The position numbers were made by a program, and so were the translations under genes. Under the pieces are notes generated by a model. The model had not been told where the DNA came from, did no database searches, and saw only the letters and a list, made by a program, of their open reading frames with translations. From Trichoplax sp. H2 (Eukaryota), in contig NOWV01000022.1 of NCBI GenBank assembly GCA_003344405.1, positions 372,001-436,000 of the forward strand: a DNA stretch of 64,000 nt, given 5' to 3'. How positions within the stretch are numbered: the first letter of the stretch is position 1; every line of letters begins with the position of its first letter. Positions 40,001 through 53,081 of this stretch are shown here, in pieces.

Positions 40001-43000
40001 TTATTGTCGTATATTTTAGGTATTTTGGTCAACAGGAGTTACTTTAGAAGTTCTTCTAGCCTATGCAATCATGCCACATCTTGGTTGGAGGTATCTGGTG
40101 GCAATTTCTACTTTCCCCTGTATTTTCTTCTCTTTTTTCTTCAGAGTAGGATCAGTTTTATTCCTTGATATGCTATTTAGACTCAAATATCTGTGAACTG
40201 TCTTCTAGTATATTAATAACAATTTAATGATTAGTATCTTCCAGAATCTCCACGGTATTTAATAAATTCCAGACAATACGCCAAAGCAGTAGCTACTTTA
40301 CAGAATGCAGCAAGAGTGAATGGTAAGCCAATTTTGCAGGGAACTATTAAGCAACCTACAAAGGTCTGTAAAATTTTGCGATTATTTACTCACTGTTGGG
40401 TGCTTTATTTGAACCTATATAATAAGATAAATAAGGCATTTACATTGGTAGTATTGCGATATTACTCTTAATGAAAATTTAAATAGATGAATTATGGAAG
40501 ACTGCGAAACTTATTAATGCCACCGTATAGAAAAACAACATTATTACTTTGGACAATATGGTAAAGATGAATGCTCCTTCATATGATCAGTAAATAAATC
40601 CTAGTAACCTGATACCTTACTTCATGGTGCTCTATTCGAAATTTTGATTAGAGTATCTACTAAGAATTTTTAAAGACTATCTGATTATTATAGACTTAAA
40701 ATTAATTCATTCTAATAGTATAACAGGTGGTTTATTTCATTCAAGATATTCTATTTGTTAACAATCAGGTTCTGTACTGGCTTCACATACTACGGCATTA
40801 TATTAATTGCTCCACTGGTGTATTCTACTGATCACTGTGGTAATTTATCTATCAAACTACTCTTGTAATATTATTTAATTCTATTAACTAAGTGATCCTA
40901 TTATCATACTCTAAATCAGCAGCAATCTGATTTTTATAGGTGCAAACAGCCTTGTACAATCCAAGTGTGATTGTAAAGTCTTAACCACAGCTGATTATGG
41001 ACAACTTTTAATTACGACCCTCGCAGAATTTCTAGGTTGATCTATACATATAATACTAGCAGTAGCATTACTTAAACTATTTCAATCTGATATCTACATC
41101 ACTTGATGATACTATTTGTTAGGCACATTTCTATCCTTTGCTTTAATTGAAAGACTAGGAAGGAAAAAATTACTAGCCTTGGAATGTTTAATATCGGCGG
41201 TATTATTTTTTGTCTTGATTGTCTGCAATATGACAATGTAAGTCTGATTCATTTTTATATGTATTAATTAAATCAACCTTATTGTTCTATGCGTATTACT
41301 TTATAATTGCAAGTAATATGTATAAAACTATTGCGATTCCCTGATCTATAGTCAAACGAAGACTATCATAATGTTCATAAACAGAGCTATGCTGGTAGGA
41401 GAGTATCAAGTCATCACTCTGTACACACCTGAGGTATACCATTTAATGCTACTCCTAAGGTGTTAATTCCTTCATATTTCCTACGCAAATCAATTTTACT
41501 TATAATATCCAGATTGAAGTTAAACTCATAATATAGTTGAGTCAATAACAATAGTAAGGCGCTCTGTACACTCCTAAGTATACAGTCCCGTCTAACACTA
41601 CTTTAAAACGTTAATTCCTTCATTTTTCTATATAAACTATAAACTAATCCTATTTACAATATTCATAATACAGTTAAATTTATAATCTAGTTTAGCTGAT
41701 AGCCATGTTAAGACGCTCTTTATATACCTGAGGTATACCATCTAATGCGACGTCTAAAATGTTAATTCCTTAATATTCGCTGCATAAATTAATTTTATTT
41801 TATTTATAATATTCATATTACAGTTAAATTTATAATCTAGTTTAGTCAATCATAATAGTAAGGCATTAAATGTTTATGAATTTTTATCATCGTTCTAGAG
41901 AAGCATTACAATTTGGGTTTAATTTGCTTCCTTGTTATTTATATAAAGTATTTTGCATGGCAATTATATTTACCTATACGTAATAACATATTTATTCCGT
42001 ATTTCCAGATATATCCAACTAGCTCTCGAGCAAGTGGTTTAGGCTTCTGTAGCGGTTTTTCTCGACTCAGCGCCATGGTTACACCGTTTATTGCGCAGGT
42101 TTTAGCGAAATTTAATTTTATACAATTTGATTCTAACAGCTAAACTTTGCATTCCCTTTTCGTCGCAATTTTGTGTAGTGTACCTCTCGATAGTTGCCAT
42201 AACAAAAAACGACTGATAGTTCATTTCATAAGATCTGGAAGACGAGCATCAGATTCATTTGTTTCATATTCTTGCTATTAGTCTGCTTTTAATGCTTACT
42301 ACGTGAAATTGTCTCAGTATTACGATGCAATAAATAGGTGCTGTACTACTATACTAGCTACAGTTACCCGTTTCTTGCACAAATATTTAGTTATATTTCT
42401 ATTCCTTATTCATTACTCCATCATGACGCACATCTATATTTTCATCAGGATTGGAATATTATGACGACAAATCACGATTACATTTAATCCGTAATTTAAT
42501 ATGCATATTCGTGTATCGAAATTTTATATTTCGAAAGATAAATATTAATGTATGTACATAATTTTACATTTTCTCTATGATGCTTCGAATAAATTCCGCC
42601 TATAGACCAAACTTAAATTCGATTTCGTAGTCTCAATTACTACCATGCAATCAGTAAACGTAAACTCATTGCAAACTAGGAAAACAAAATTAATTTAGAA
42701 TCTAAAATTATTGATACTTTAATTTGATAAATTATAATTATTAATAGATACCTCTTCTTAGTTGAATATATTGAATAGACTACTTTATTCTTGATATATA
42801 GATTGTCTTTACAAAAACGAAGGCTTTAGCTTTATCCATCTATGGACTAGTGTCACTTTTGAGTGCTGCATGTTCAATTATGCTACCTATCGAAACTAAA
42901 GGACGCACAATGCAGGTAAAATTAGACTTTAAATGATCGGGATTGGTGTTACAAATCTAACCAGAAAAGTAATTATTCATTGAAGTATGTCTATCTCAAA

Positions 43001-43115
43001 GGCTAGATAATGCTCCAATTTATCTAGAACTAGTCTCGCTTAATAAATATATTTCTATTTATAAGGAAAAATTATAGGTTAAAATTAAATAGTCCTTTAA
43101 TTATAATAGGAATAG
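37039..43115 (+). CDS. SVOP: SVOP-like MFS transporter, copy D, 16 coding exons
   Basis: Exon 1 37039-37129 reads [30 protein letters not shown]. Exon 2 37384-37478 has [17 protein letters not shown] 38218, CDIYGRK ~38860, SEFLP ~39890, PESPRYL ~40241, LGRKK ~41155, YTPE ends 41433, [10 protein letters not shown] ~42010, [11 protein letters not shown] ends 42915. The terminal micro-exon is ambiguous (stop at 43077 or 43115). Confidence 0.88.
41417..41864 (+). repeat. Triplicated ~150-bp unit spanning the end of SVOP-D exon 13 and its splice donor
   Basis: ctctgtacacacctgaggtatacca...tgttaattccttca at 41417, a degenerate copy at 41562, and ctctttatatacctgaggtatacca at 41716. Confidence 0.85.
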
Positions 43116-46100
43116 CTAGCATTTTGGAAAATTATCATCAAAGCTACTGACATATCTCGAAGGAATCTGACTGGGCACAAACAATACCAGTACAATAGCT
43201 GCATGATATATGATTGAATATAAGTATTAAAAAGATGAATTTTCAAGATTTTGTCGCAATAATTTTTATTAATTTATCGCTTCGTACAATATGTATTTTT
43301 AATATCCAATGCTAAAATAAAAGCTGATGCAAATAAGATTTGGATATATTTCAGCTGCTTAGCAGTTTCAATTCATATCTGTGTAATGTGTAATTAATAA
43401 ATTTGACTATTTTAAGTTCATTTACATCACAAACTATCAGACTTTGTACATATCTATAATGTTCTTGTTTTGACATCAAAATTAAGTAATAGCAAGATGA
43501 TTAGACTGTCGATTAACTTGAAGATTAATAGATTCCTATACGATTACTTTATGTGATGTCCTATTTTAAAGCCTTCTAACTCACTTTCTGTTGCGTCATA
43601 GAATCTCAGCAATTAGAATAATAAGATGGAGTAGCATATATCATAACATTTTTATAAAAGAATTAATTTTCGAATAGATGTATTCATTTTAGCAACTTTT
43701 ATTAACATTAGCCTTAGCTTGGCATCGTAAATTATTATCAGAAAAAATTTAATAGTTTAATTCCGTGGCATTGCAGTCAACTTCTACTTGTATGAAATAT
43801 TTCTGTTACAAATCGATTGAAATAAATTTCTCTAAATTTGGCAGGTTTATGCAAAATATATAGTCTTACTAAAGGGACTGCTATTATTTATCATATATTT
43901 GAATAAAATAGCAGCACAGAAAAGTAAAAGAAATTCCTTATCTAGTTCGATACAAATGGACTAACGTATCGCCTAAAAAATATTACATCATTGGAATCAA
44001 CTGGGGCTAGAGAAATAACGAAATTTAAGCTATTTATTTACTGATGGAGATAATCAAGATTTTTGAATGATATAAGAATACTAGAAGACGTCAAATATTA
44101 TTCTTAACAGTAAGAAATATATCAATAATAGTAAGTTCAATTACTTTCAAATTTTTATAGATTAGCTTGCAATCAAAATTATTGACTTTAAATGAAATTT
44201 TGAATAGTTTTGATAAAATTATCCGTCATAATAAATTTGCTATTATCATTTATTGCTAATAAAAAAATAATATTATCTTTTACAGCTTGAAAATAAAGAA
44301 TGCCGGTATAATGTAATTGTTATTAGATTTAGATCAGTACGATAATAAAAAAATAATTAAAAATATTATTAGGATAGGCTAAATGAGTATAAACCTGCTA
44401 GATGATACTGTAATAGCGTTAGAAAGGTATATTACGGTTAGGAGACAAATTTTCTCCTATCGCTAGGAGAAGCTTCTGATGCTACATTACTAACTAATAT
44501 TGATTGCATTCAGGGCTTACAAATCAAGCTATGCCCTGATATTTTTTACCGTACTTATAATAAAGTATTTTAAATAGTTGTTGAGTTTTGACGATACTAT
44601 CAGTATTTCCTTGAGAGAGAATAAATTACTTATGAAATTTCGGTAAATTAGTTCCTAGCATCTGTGCCATACTAGGCTGCTCTCACGTTATTGACTCACA
44701 AAACATGATTTAATATCAGAATCTACTCTACCTTTAATAATACTGTCGCGTTAAGTACAATGGTAATTCCATATCTATTCTAATCTACTATAGGTTATTG
44801 TATCTCATGACTACATTCATAAATTATGCTGTATCAATTAGCATTGAATTTTATACCCTTATTTTTTTCTGTCCTATGGCTATGATGACGATAAATTTAT
44901 TTTAAATTTAAAATGAAAGAAATAATAACTAGCCATGCTATAATTTTACATCATTATGTTTAACAATATGTCATCACCATCACTAAATAATAGTACACAA
45001 TAACATCTTGCGAGAATAAACATGTTTTTACATTTCATTAGACAATTTTTATCAAGTTTTCAGATTAGAATTAATTACACGATTAAATTTATTTCTTGAT
45101 ATTCTGTTCACCGAATACGGATAGATGATGAGAAACTTAAGAGCTTATCCTGTTTTCTAGCTATTAATATCAATCAATTATGGACGAATATCAAACCAGC
45201 TGATTAAGTATCTTGACATTTATAGTTACCGTAGCCAAACAGAATCAATTTATATTGATCAATTATCAAGTGTTTGTATCAATAATGAAATAATACCAGG
45301 CTATCATTCCAAATTTTAATCGATCCATAATCAATCATGAAACTACTATCCTTTTCTAACATTAATAAGTTTACGGTAGATTATTTATAATATACTGTAG
45401 TTGTTACTGATTACTGTCAAATCGAATCAATCTATGGAGATGATTTATTATGAAGTGATTTGATCGTTAACAAAACGATACTGTGCTAAAATTTCAAATT
45501 ATAGAATTGAATATTAATAAGCGTTTATCATTTAATTATTGCAAAATTTACAGTAAGCTCGATATAGTTAGTACTTATCTTAACACTAACCAATTGAATC
45601 AATATATAATGATCCATCATGAAGTATTTTGATCACTGTTGGAAATAATATCAGGTTATTACTTCAGATTTTAATTAACCGACTGACGATCAATAGACCA
45701 TCTTCTAACAATAATAAATTCATAACAGATTTGTATGATTATTGCTTGGTGTAAAACCATTGAATGAATCTGATCATCATGAAATGTTTTGATCGTCGAT
45801 GAATTTTTCAATGATAGTCATCTCACGGGCCCGTCATCAGGTCTACTCCAACATTTATGAATTCGAAGCTAGTTTGAATTATTGCAGGCTCTTATTACTA
45901 ACCTACGTATCGGTTAATATTAACCAATTCATTAAAATTTGGTGTAGTAATACCAGACCAATATTTTAGGTTTTAATCGATACCAGTAGGCAGTAAATAT
46001 CAAATTCTTAATAATTTTCTAGAGTAAATGAACGTATGATAGAGGTCTTTCAAAGTTTGTAAAATGATTCATAGATTTCACCCGGAATAAATTTAAACGG

Positions 46101-49100
46101 AATTTGCTGCTAATATAAACAGATTGATTATAATTTACCGAAACAGCCATATTTATCTATCTAGCCTTGCTGAATTAATCGTAGGCTACGATCACGGCGA
46201 TAACTCCAACACGGTTCGTCATATAGCTATTTATAAGTTCGTGACAGTTTATGGTGGTAGTACTCGTCAGTAGGTAGATTTAACTATTAGTAATACACCT
46301 TTATCGCATTCGTACGTTGACAAGAGTCAGTCGATTTAGATTGCAATATTATAGGAGTACAAATTTAATAGCTGCTGTCACCCAATATCTATATATTCTT
46401 TTCGTGACAAAGATATATCGGAGATGTTTCTGAGCCTTCTCCTATCTCGAACTACTTATCAAGATTAATTCTCCGTGACAACTATGAACTTTTTCCTTAA
46501 TTTCCTCGGCTTAAATATAGACCTCCTTGCGCGTAAACAGTAAAATAACGAACTCCCTATATTGTAAAATGTAACTCACTTTTATGTCTTCTATTTATAT
46601 TCTCTAGTAATAGAAATTAATACTAATAAACTACATTGCTGTCATATATTCTTAGACCTAAATTTGTATCACTTTATATTCTATTTTAAAGTACGTTAGG
46701 AGGCGCATAAAACAGAGAAAGTCATGATCGGAACACGATCTGACCTTTAGGCTCTCTAATAAATTAGGTATTTAAATAATTCACTTGCTCTTACTAGAAA
46801 ATGAACTAGTTTACTATCTATAGCCTAACGATAAGCTATCTGTACAACGATTAATAGAATGTATTTATACTTAATAGTGGTTTTAACACCGTGACAACTG
46901 CAAACTATAAAATTATATTAGTTTTAACGTGGCTCCACTATGATCAATAACGAGGTCAAATTATCAGTTATTAGAGGCCGTAAAATACATTAGTACTGCA
47001 TTAACAAGTTAGTTAATTAAAGACAGTGTTTTAATGCAATATCATCACGGGCATTCATAAAATCGATACAATAAAATTATGAAGTTGCATGAATGTTATT
47101 AGTCTTTGTAAAATACACAGCAGCATCAATAGATCGATTTTGAAAATATTTCTATAAGAACATATGTTAATTAGGGAAATTTTATTAACGACTAGCCTAT
47201 CCTTAGCAACGTAACCTTGTATTTCTTCAAGATATTTGTCAATAAAAATAGATGTTGTAGTAATTGCTTTTTTCTATCTACTATGCATGATGATATCATC
47301 AACGAACTTGATGGATTTAGGTAATGTGTTTTAGCTCAGACTAGATAGTCTGTCTTTACACTTTCTAATAATCATGAAATAATACTTGTTGTTAATAATT
47401 AGTTACTGTATTACTGGATGTACACTCATCATGATTCAATTTCAATCAAATAGTGCATTTATAGGACATCAAATAATTTTATTACTTTATAGCTCAAGCA
47501 ATCGCAATATGATTACGTTCTTGATATTCGTACTCCTAATTTGCATATACCGTATACCTTCTTTGGATCGCTATTGTCTTTTCTATCCATATTTTAATTG
47601 TTATTGAATTGGAAATACCAAAAGGAAGTAAATCACTTAACATGCTACCATAATTAAAAATTTAGAAACTTAGATTGTAATTAAATAATCATTTATCTCA
47701 TTCTATACCTATTGATGTTCATAGATTGTTTGTTCATCACTTTACAATTAGCACTAAGGTAATCGTAATCTACTAGTCATCGTATTCTCTAGGCTCTTAC
47801 TCTTATTTTACGTGTATACCTTATCGCAGACAAATCGAATTTTTTTTCTTAACTATATTTCAATGATAGTTGAACTAAAATACTATATGAGAAATATGCA
47901 GCAAACGCATTGTTAACATATAAAAACTATATAATCATTCTTGTTCTGCACCTATCTATACCAATAGATTATTTCTTCTGATGATCATGACAGCTTATTA
48001 TAGATACAGAAACTTTCTTACTTTCATTTAAGTAAATCTATTCTGCTTCAATTTTTATACTTAAATGAAGAAAGAATTGAGATTATAATGAATTAATGCT
48101 GTAAAGAAACAAAATATGTTTTGTTATTGCGTAATAATTATCTCATTCCATTTCTATGGATAGCAATAGATTATTTCTTTTGATAATCAAGAATTGGCAA
48201 TAGCTTGTAAGTCGAGAATCTTTCATAAATTTCATTCAATTCAATTTACTTCAACCCAATTTTCGTACATAAAACGTAAATAAAAATTGAAATTGTAATC
48301 AACTACTCCATTAGTCTGTAATTATTAATTTAAATCAATTAACGAGTAGATAACTTTTATATTCTATGCTACTGTTAAAAACAACACGACATAGTAATAT
48401 ATAAGCGATTCATTAGTTGTAAAGCAAGAGATAAGTCATAAAAATCAATTAATATATAAAGGAAAGGACAATTTCTTTTTGTATGTATTTAAGAAATCTG
48501 CTTATTACGAGTTTTCTAAGAGTCTTTTACTGGTAAATCAAATAAGATACAATATTATCAACCATTTCGCCCCCTCAAATTTTAAAATGGGTATGATTTG
48601 AGAAGTACCCTACGGAATTTACCGAGTTAGACTTTTGATTCTAAGTTAATAATTAAAAAAGTGACAAACAGATTTAAAAAATTTTTTAATTATCGCTGTG
48701 CAAATTAGATTCAATCGTCATATGAAAATATTATCTGGTGTTTTAACTTGATGAATATTTGACTAGACTACCACAAAATCATGAAATAATAATTTCACGT
48801 GTTATGCATCTATTATTACTTCCCTTCCCATGAATACCTCATTAATTTGACCAAAGTCTAATTTTTAAAGATGATATATTATAAGAGATAAGTGAATCAA
48901 CTAACTGCTAACTTTAAGCATTGACTATATAGTGAGAAAATAAATCCGTCTACTAATAACAATAAAGCAGAAACTCTTAATATAGACTAAGGTTAAGTTA
49001 GCGGCTAATTGTATCCACCACGCAGTTTTTATGCTGGAATAACAGAATAAGTAGATAAAAAATGCTCTGTATCAAAATCTCACTTTGGACAGAAGGATTT

Positions 49101-49589
49101 ATAGAATTTATGCGCAGCTTTTATCTCCTACTTTCATTTCTTTCCTAATTGCCAATGCACTTGATTTATTAGAACAGGAAGCTGATTCTTTTTGGCATTA
49201 TTTTTAATTTCAAAGAAATAAATTAAAAGTACAACAGTTGCATCTGTTGCATAATGGTCAGCCTCAATTTAATGACCACTTCTGAAAGAAAGTTGATGTT
49301 ATCCGTTTTCCGCATCTTTCATTTCTATGTTCTTGATTGAAAGATCAGTATTTTAGAACTCATCTATCTTTCATGCTATGTCCAATATCATAATCTGGTC
49401 TTTTACCCTAGATCATTTTCTATTATTCCAAACTTCTCGTAAAAAAATCACTCGTAATATTATTATCATAGCCCTTTTATCTTTTAAAAAACTACCTTCC
49501 TATCTTGATTATCTGTTTATTAATTATAATTTAATACCCCTTAAATGTTGATTTCTATTCTGTATTTGATTATCTAATAAGTTAACTTC

Positions 49590-50190
49590 GATCCATCATC
49601 AATAGATTTTCATCATGTTATACAATGCTATTATAATATCGAATTGCATTACGTGAAAATATTTTTTCTATTGATTTTGACTAATGATGCATTTGTTGCC
49701 ATTATTTCTTATTTTTCTTTACCATAGATTTCTATTTATCGCATAGTTTCTCCGGTAATAAAGAGGTTGTCGCGATTATTCCACTGACTCGCCATCAAAA
49801 TAAAACAGCTTTAAGGGAAATATGCGTACTCTGTATGCATATATATCATAGTGAATACTACCATGATATTAAATTGTATCGCCTATCCCTTGCTTTCCAT
49901 TGTGATAGATTTTCATTTACACATAGATAGTCTCTTCGACCGTGTAAATGTTTTTCATTGATATACAATCAGAATAAAACAACTTTGGGGCAATGTATAT
50001 ATTATATATAAATTATACTATCATGATATTGAATTACATTACATGAAAATATTTTCTATTGATTCTGGCGATTGTTGCCATTATTTTTTATTTTCCTTTG
50101 GGATATATTTTCATTTAGCATATAGTTTCTTCGGCTATGAAGATATTGTCCATTGATATACCATCGGAATAAACAGCTTTGGGAGCATAG
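49590..50190. repeat. Degenerate ~190-bp tandem repeat (about 3 copies)
   Basis: Recurring cattac.tgaaaatattt(t)tctattgatt, gatttt(c)attta..cata and aataaaacagcttt motifs. Confidence 0.65.
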
Positions 50191-50293
50191 ATTCTAATAA
50201 CTAATGTATAGATTAAAATTATTCAGATTTGTATATTTTTTGTCCCTTCCAATCTAGTCTACAGTCTTACAAAGGGTGAAAAATAGTGTCGCG

Positions 50294-50858
50294 AAATAGT
50301 GTACTGGACCATGACAGTATTTGGAGGATTGTTAGAGCTGAAAATGTTATTATGAAGCATTATGTCGACATACTACAGTAGCTAGACGATTATTAAAGTT
50401 ATATCAGGGTGTTACGGTACGAACTACCGTGAAGAAATAGCTATCTAAATTTGGTTAATATAATATAGTGATATTATATTACAACTAGTTATTTACTATA
50501 GGAATTACTCTAATTATAAATGTGTTACAGTAAATTTAATGCTGTGCTGTAATGTGCACTGAAATGATTCTGTGAATGGACATATTGTAGTCCGACTGTG
50601 AAAAACTAGTTATCTCACCTAAGTATTTTTATAAGATGATTTGTGAATGTTAGCTGCTGTAGAAGGGTATATAAGCCCGTCAGATAGTTGAATAAAGCAG
50701 TTCTCAATTGTATAGTTGTTTTAACGTAGAATCAAAGGCGTCTAAATAGTGTACTGGACCATGACAGTATTTGGAGGATTGTTAGAGCTGAAATGTTATT
50801 ATGAAGCATTATGTCGACATACTACAGTAGCTAGACGATTATTAAAGTTATATCAGGG
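50294..50858. repeat. Near-perfect ~115-bp direct repeat pair (50294-50409 and 50744-50858)
   Basis: aaatagtgtactggaccatgacagtatttggagg...attaaagttatatcaggg; identical apart from a 1-nt indel in an A run. Confidence 0.95.
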
Positions 50859-51152
50859 CGAAATTGATCAATTTCCATTCGCATTCGTTTCATTAAATGA
50901 CTCAAAATGGAAACTATGTTTATCTAGGTTTTGATTGCTTATTTATATAAAGTACATTTTTGCCACATACAGTATTACTTTTTATGCCTTTTCATGTAGT
51001 TTAACGTCTTGTAGATTGATGAACATATCGTTACAATTGCCATATTGTCATGCTACATGACATGATCGTATAACTTTGTTCTAAATTTAAAGTATTTATA
51101 TACTTGGATATTTTGTTTCTAGCAGTAGAGCATGTAACAATTGCCATGCTAA

Positions 51153-51196
51153 ATGCATTGCTGCAAAAGCCTTGCATTGCTGCAAAAGCCTTGCAT
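51153..51196. repeat. 19-bp perfect tandem duplication
   Basis: tgcattgctgcaaaagcct tgcattgctgcaaaagcct tgcat. Confidence 0.9.
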
Positions 51197-53081
51197 GACT
51201 ATGCATTACTGTATAATTACAAACTTCTTTTAAATTTTACTTAAAGGAATCAGTATGAACTTGACCAGCCAATACCGGTAATGGCTGCATTATCGGCTTT
51301 AGCAGTAACATACACACATTAAATATACCCATTTCAAATTGTTTTAATTTAGGCATTAATTAGAGCTGAAACAAAAAGTTGTATTAGATCAATTATGATC
51401 TACTGTCCAATACATTGGAGTATATCCTGTAATCATGCTACTTAAAATGAAAATTAATTTGCTTGAGTAGAAAAGAAAGACTAAAATAGGCCTATTTCGA
51501 GATATAATCGAATGCATTTCGATCATATCATACCATTCCGTTATTTAATTGTCTAAAATTGAAATTATCTTTTACGGTAATTTTAATTACAAATGCATTA
51601 GTTGTAATCACTCCAAGATTTTTTATTTGGAGGAAAGAGGTATTTATTTTGATTTAACTTATAGTCTTTCGAAAAGCCAAGACAATGTTAGGATTAGTAT
51701 CACGCTCTAAATCACGATTTACCATTTAATTGAATAATGTACTTTTATATATTGCAGTAAATTAATCGTTTTCAATCATTTTGATCTGTACCATCGTTAG
51801 AGCTGGATTTTTATGTAATGGTCCGATTGAATAAAAGGTTGATAACTGAAAGATAATAAATTATGTAATACAGGAAGTGATTATCCTTTCGATAATTAAA
51901 GATAAATTGTAATAATTATCGAATTGGAAAGGAAGCAGGTCAAGAAACATGTGATGACCTTAGATAATTCATAAAATTCTATCCTATTGAAGATAATTCC
52001 GGTATTGATGAGGCCGATTGAAATGATTTTTCCGTATTGATAAGGAATCATTAATTAATGCAGTTAAAAGAACAATATCAATTAATTAAATCATCGAATT
52101 CATCAAATAGTCATGAATACAAATAACGAGAGTACGTGAAAAATAAAATATATTCAAGAATAGTTATTGTCAATATCAATTATTCATATTATTGTCGGGA
52201 AAATTAAAATTTGCGTAGATAACATACGAATAACAATTTGTCCTTATATTGATTTAATATTGTATCTTGGTCAAAAGAATTATTGATTGATCAACTTGGC
52301 TAACTGTTGTCAATTTGTTTTATTTTGTACTATATTGTGATGTTTGATTCTCATTATTCTTGAAGGAAAGCGAAAGAGGAAAAGAAAAACTAATTCAAAA
52401 ATTTTCAACCACCTCCATCTTCAATATCGATCTTATTTTCTTCGAAACAAATATCAACGATCGACGGCATATTTTGTCTATGATATATCCAATGGGTCTT
52501 AAAAAGTACCCCAAATTCAATTCAATTTAAGCTATTACTTTTAGGCTATATACTTATCGAACTCCTCTATCCATTTCATCTCACCCATCACTGTTGCTAA
52601 AATTAAGTTGAGCTAACATACTTCTCGATTAGGACTTTCATCTTTATTTCACAATTAGATCCCATATTACGATAGTAACTATCTTCATTAGCTAAAGTTA
52701 AGGTTGTTACGGATCAGAAGCACTTTATTAAGTTATACGGGTTCTTTTTATAATTCGTCAATACTATTCAAGGCATTAATAGAGCCTTATCAAAACATCC
52801 CGCATTCTATCTTCAAAAGTAGATTAAAAACAGATAATTAGCGATCAAACCATAATTTATCACTACCAAGACGTGTCTTAACCTGATAAATTATCAGGCA
52901 AGGATCATTAGCTCTATTTCCTTTATAGAAATATTCCTTCTTCACATTTTTTACGCTATCCAAGTCTAAAGCCTAACTGAATTGAAATACGAAACTGGAA
53001 TGGCAGTACTTGAGTGACTTTCTTGCAGTTAATGTGGTTTTAAGGCAATTAGGTTCAATCATTGCAGTAGCTATCAAAGAA

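Noticed and set aside
53010..53081. N-terminal extension of the GPCR ORF
   Set aside because: Starts at TTG and spans an acceptor-like site; ATG 53082 is preferred.
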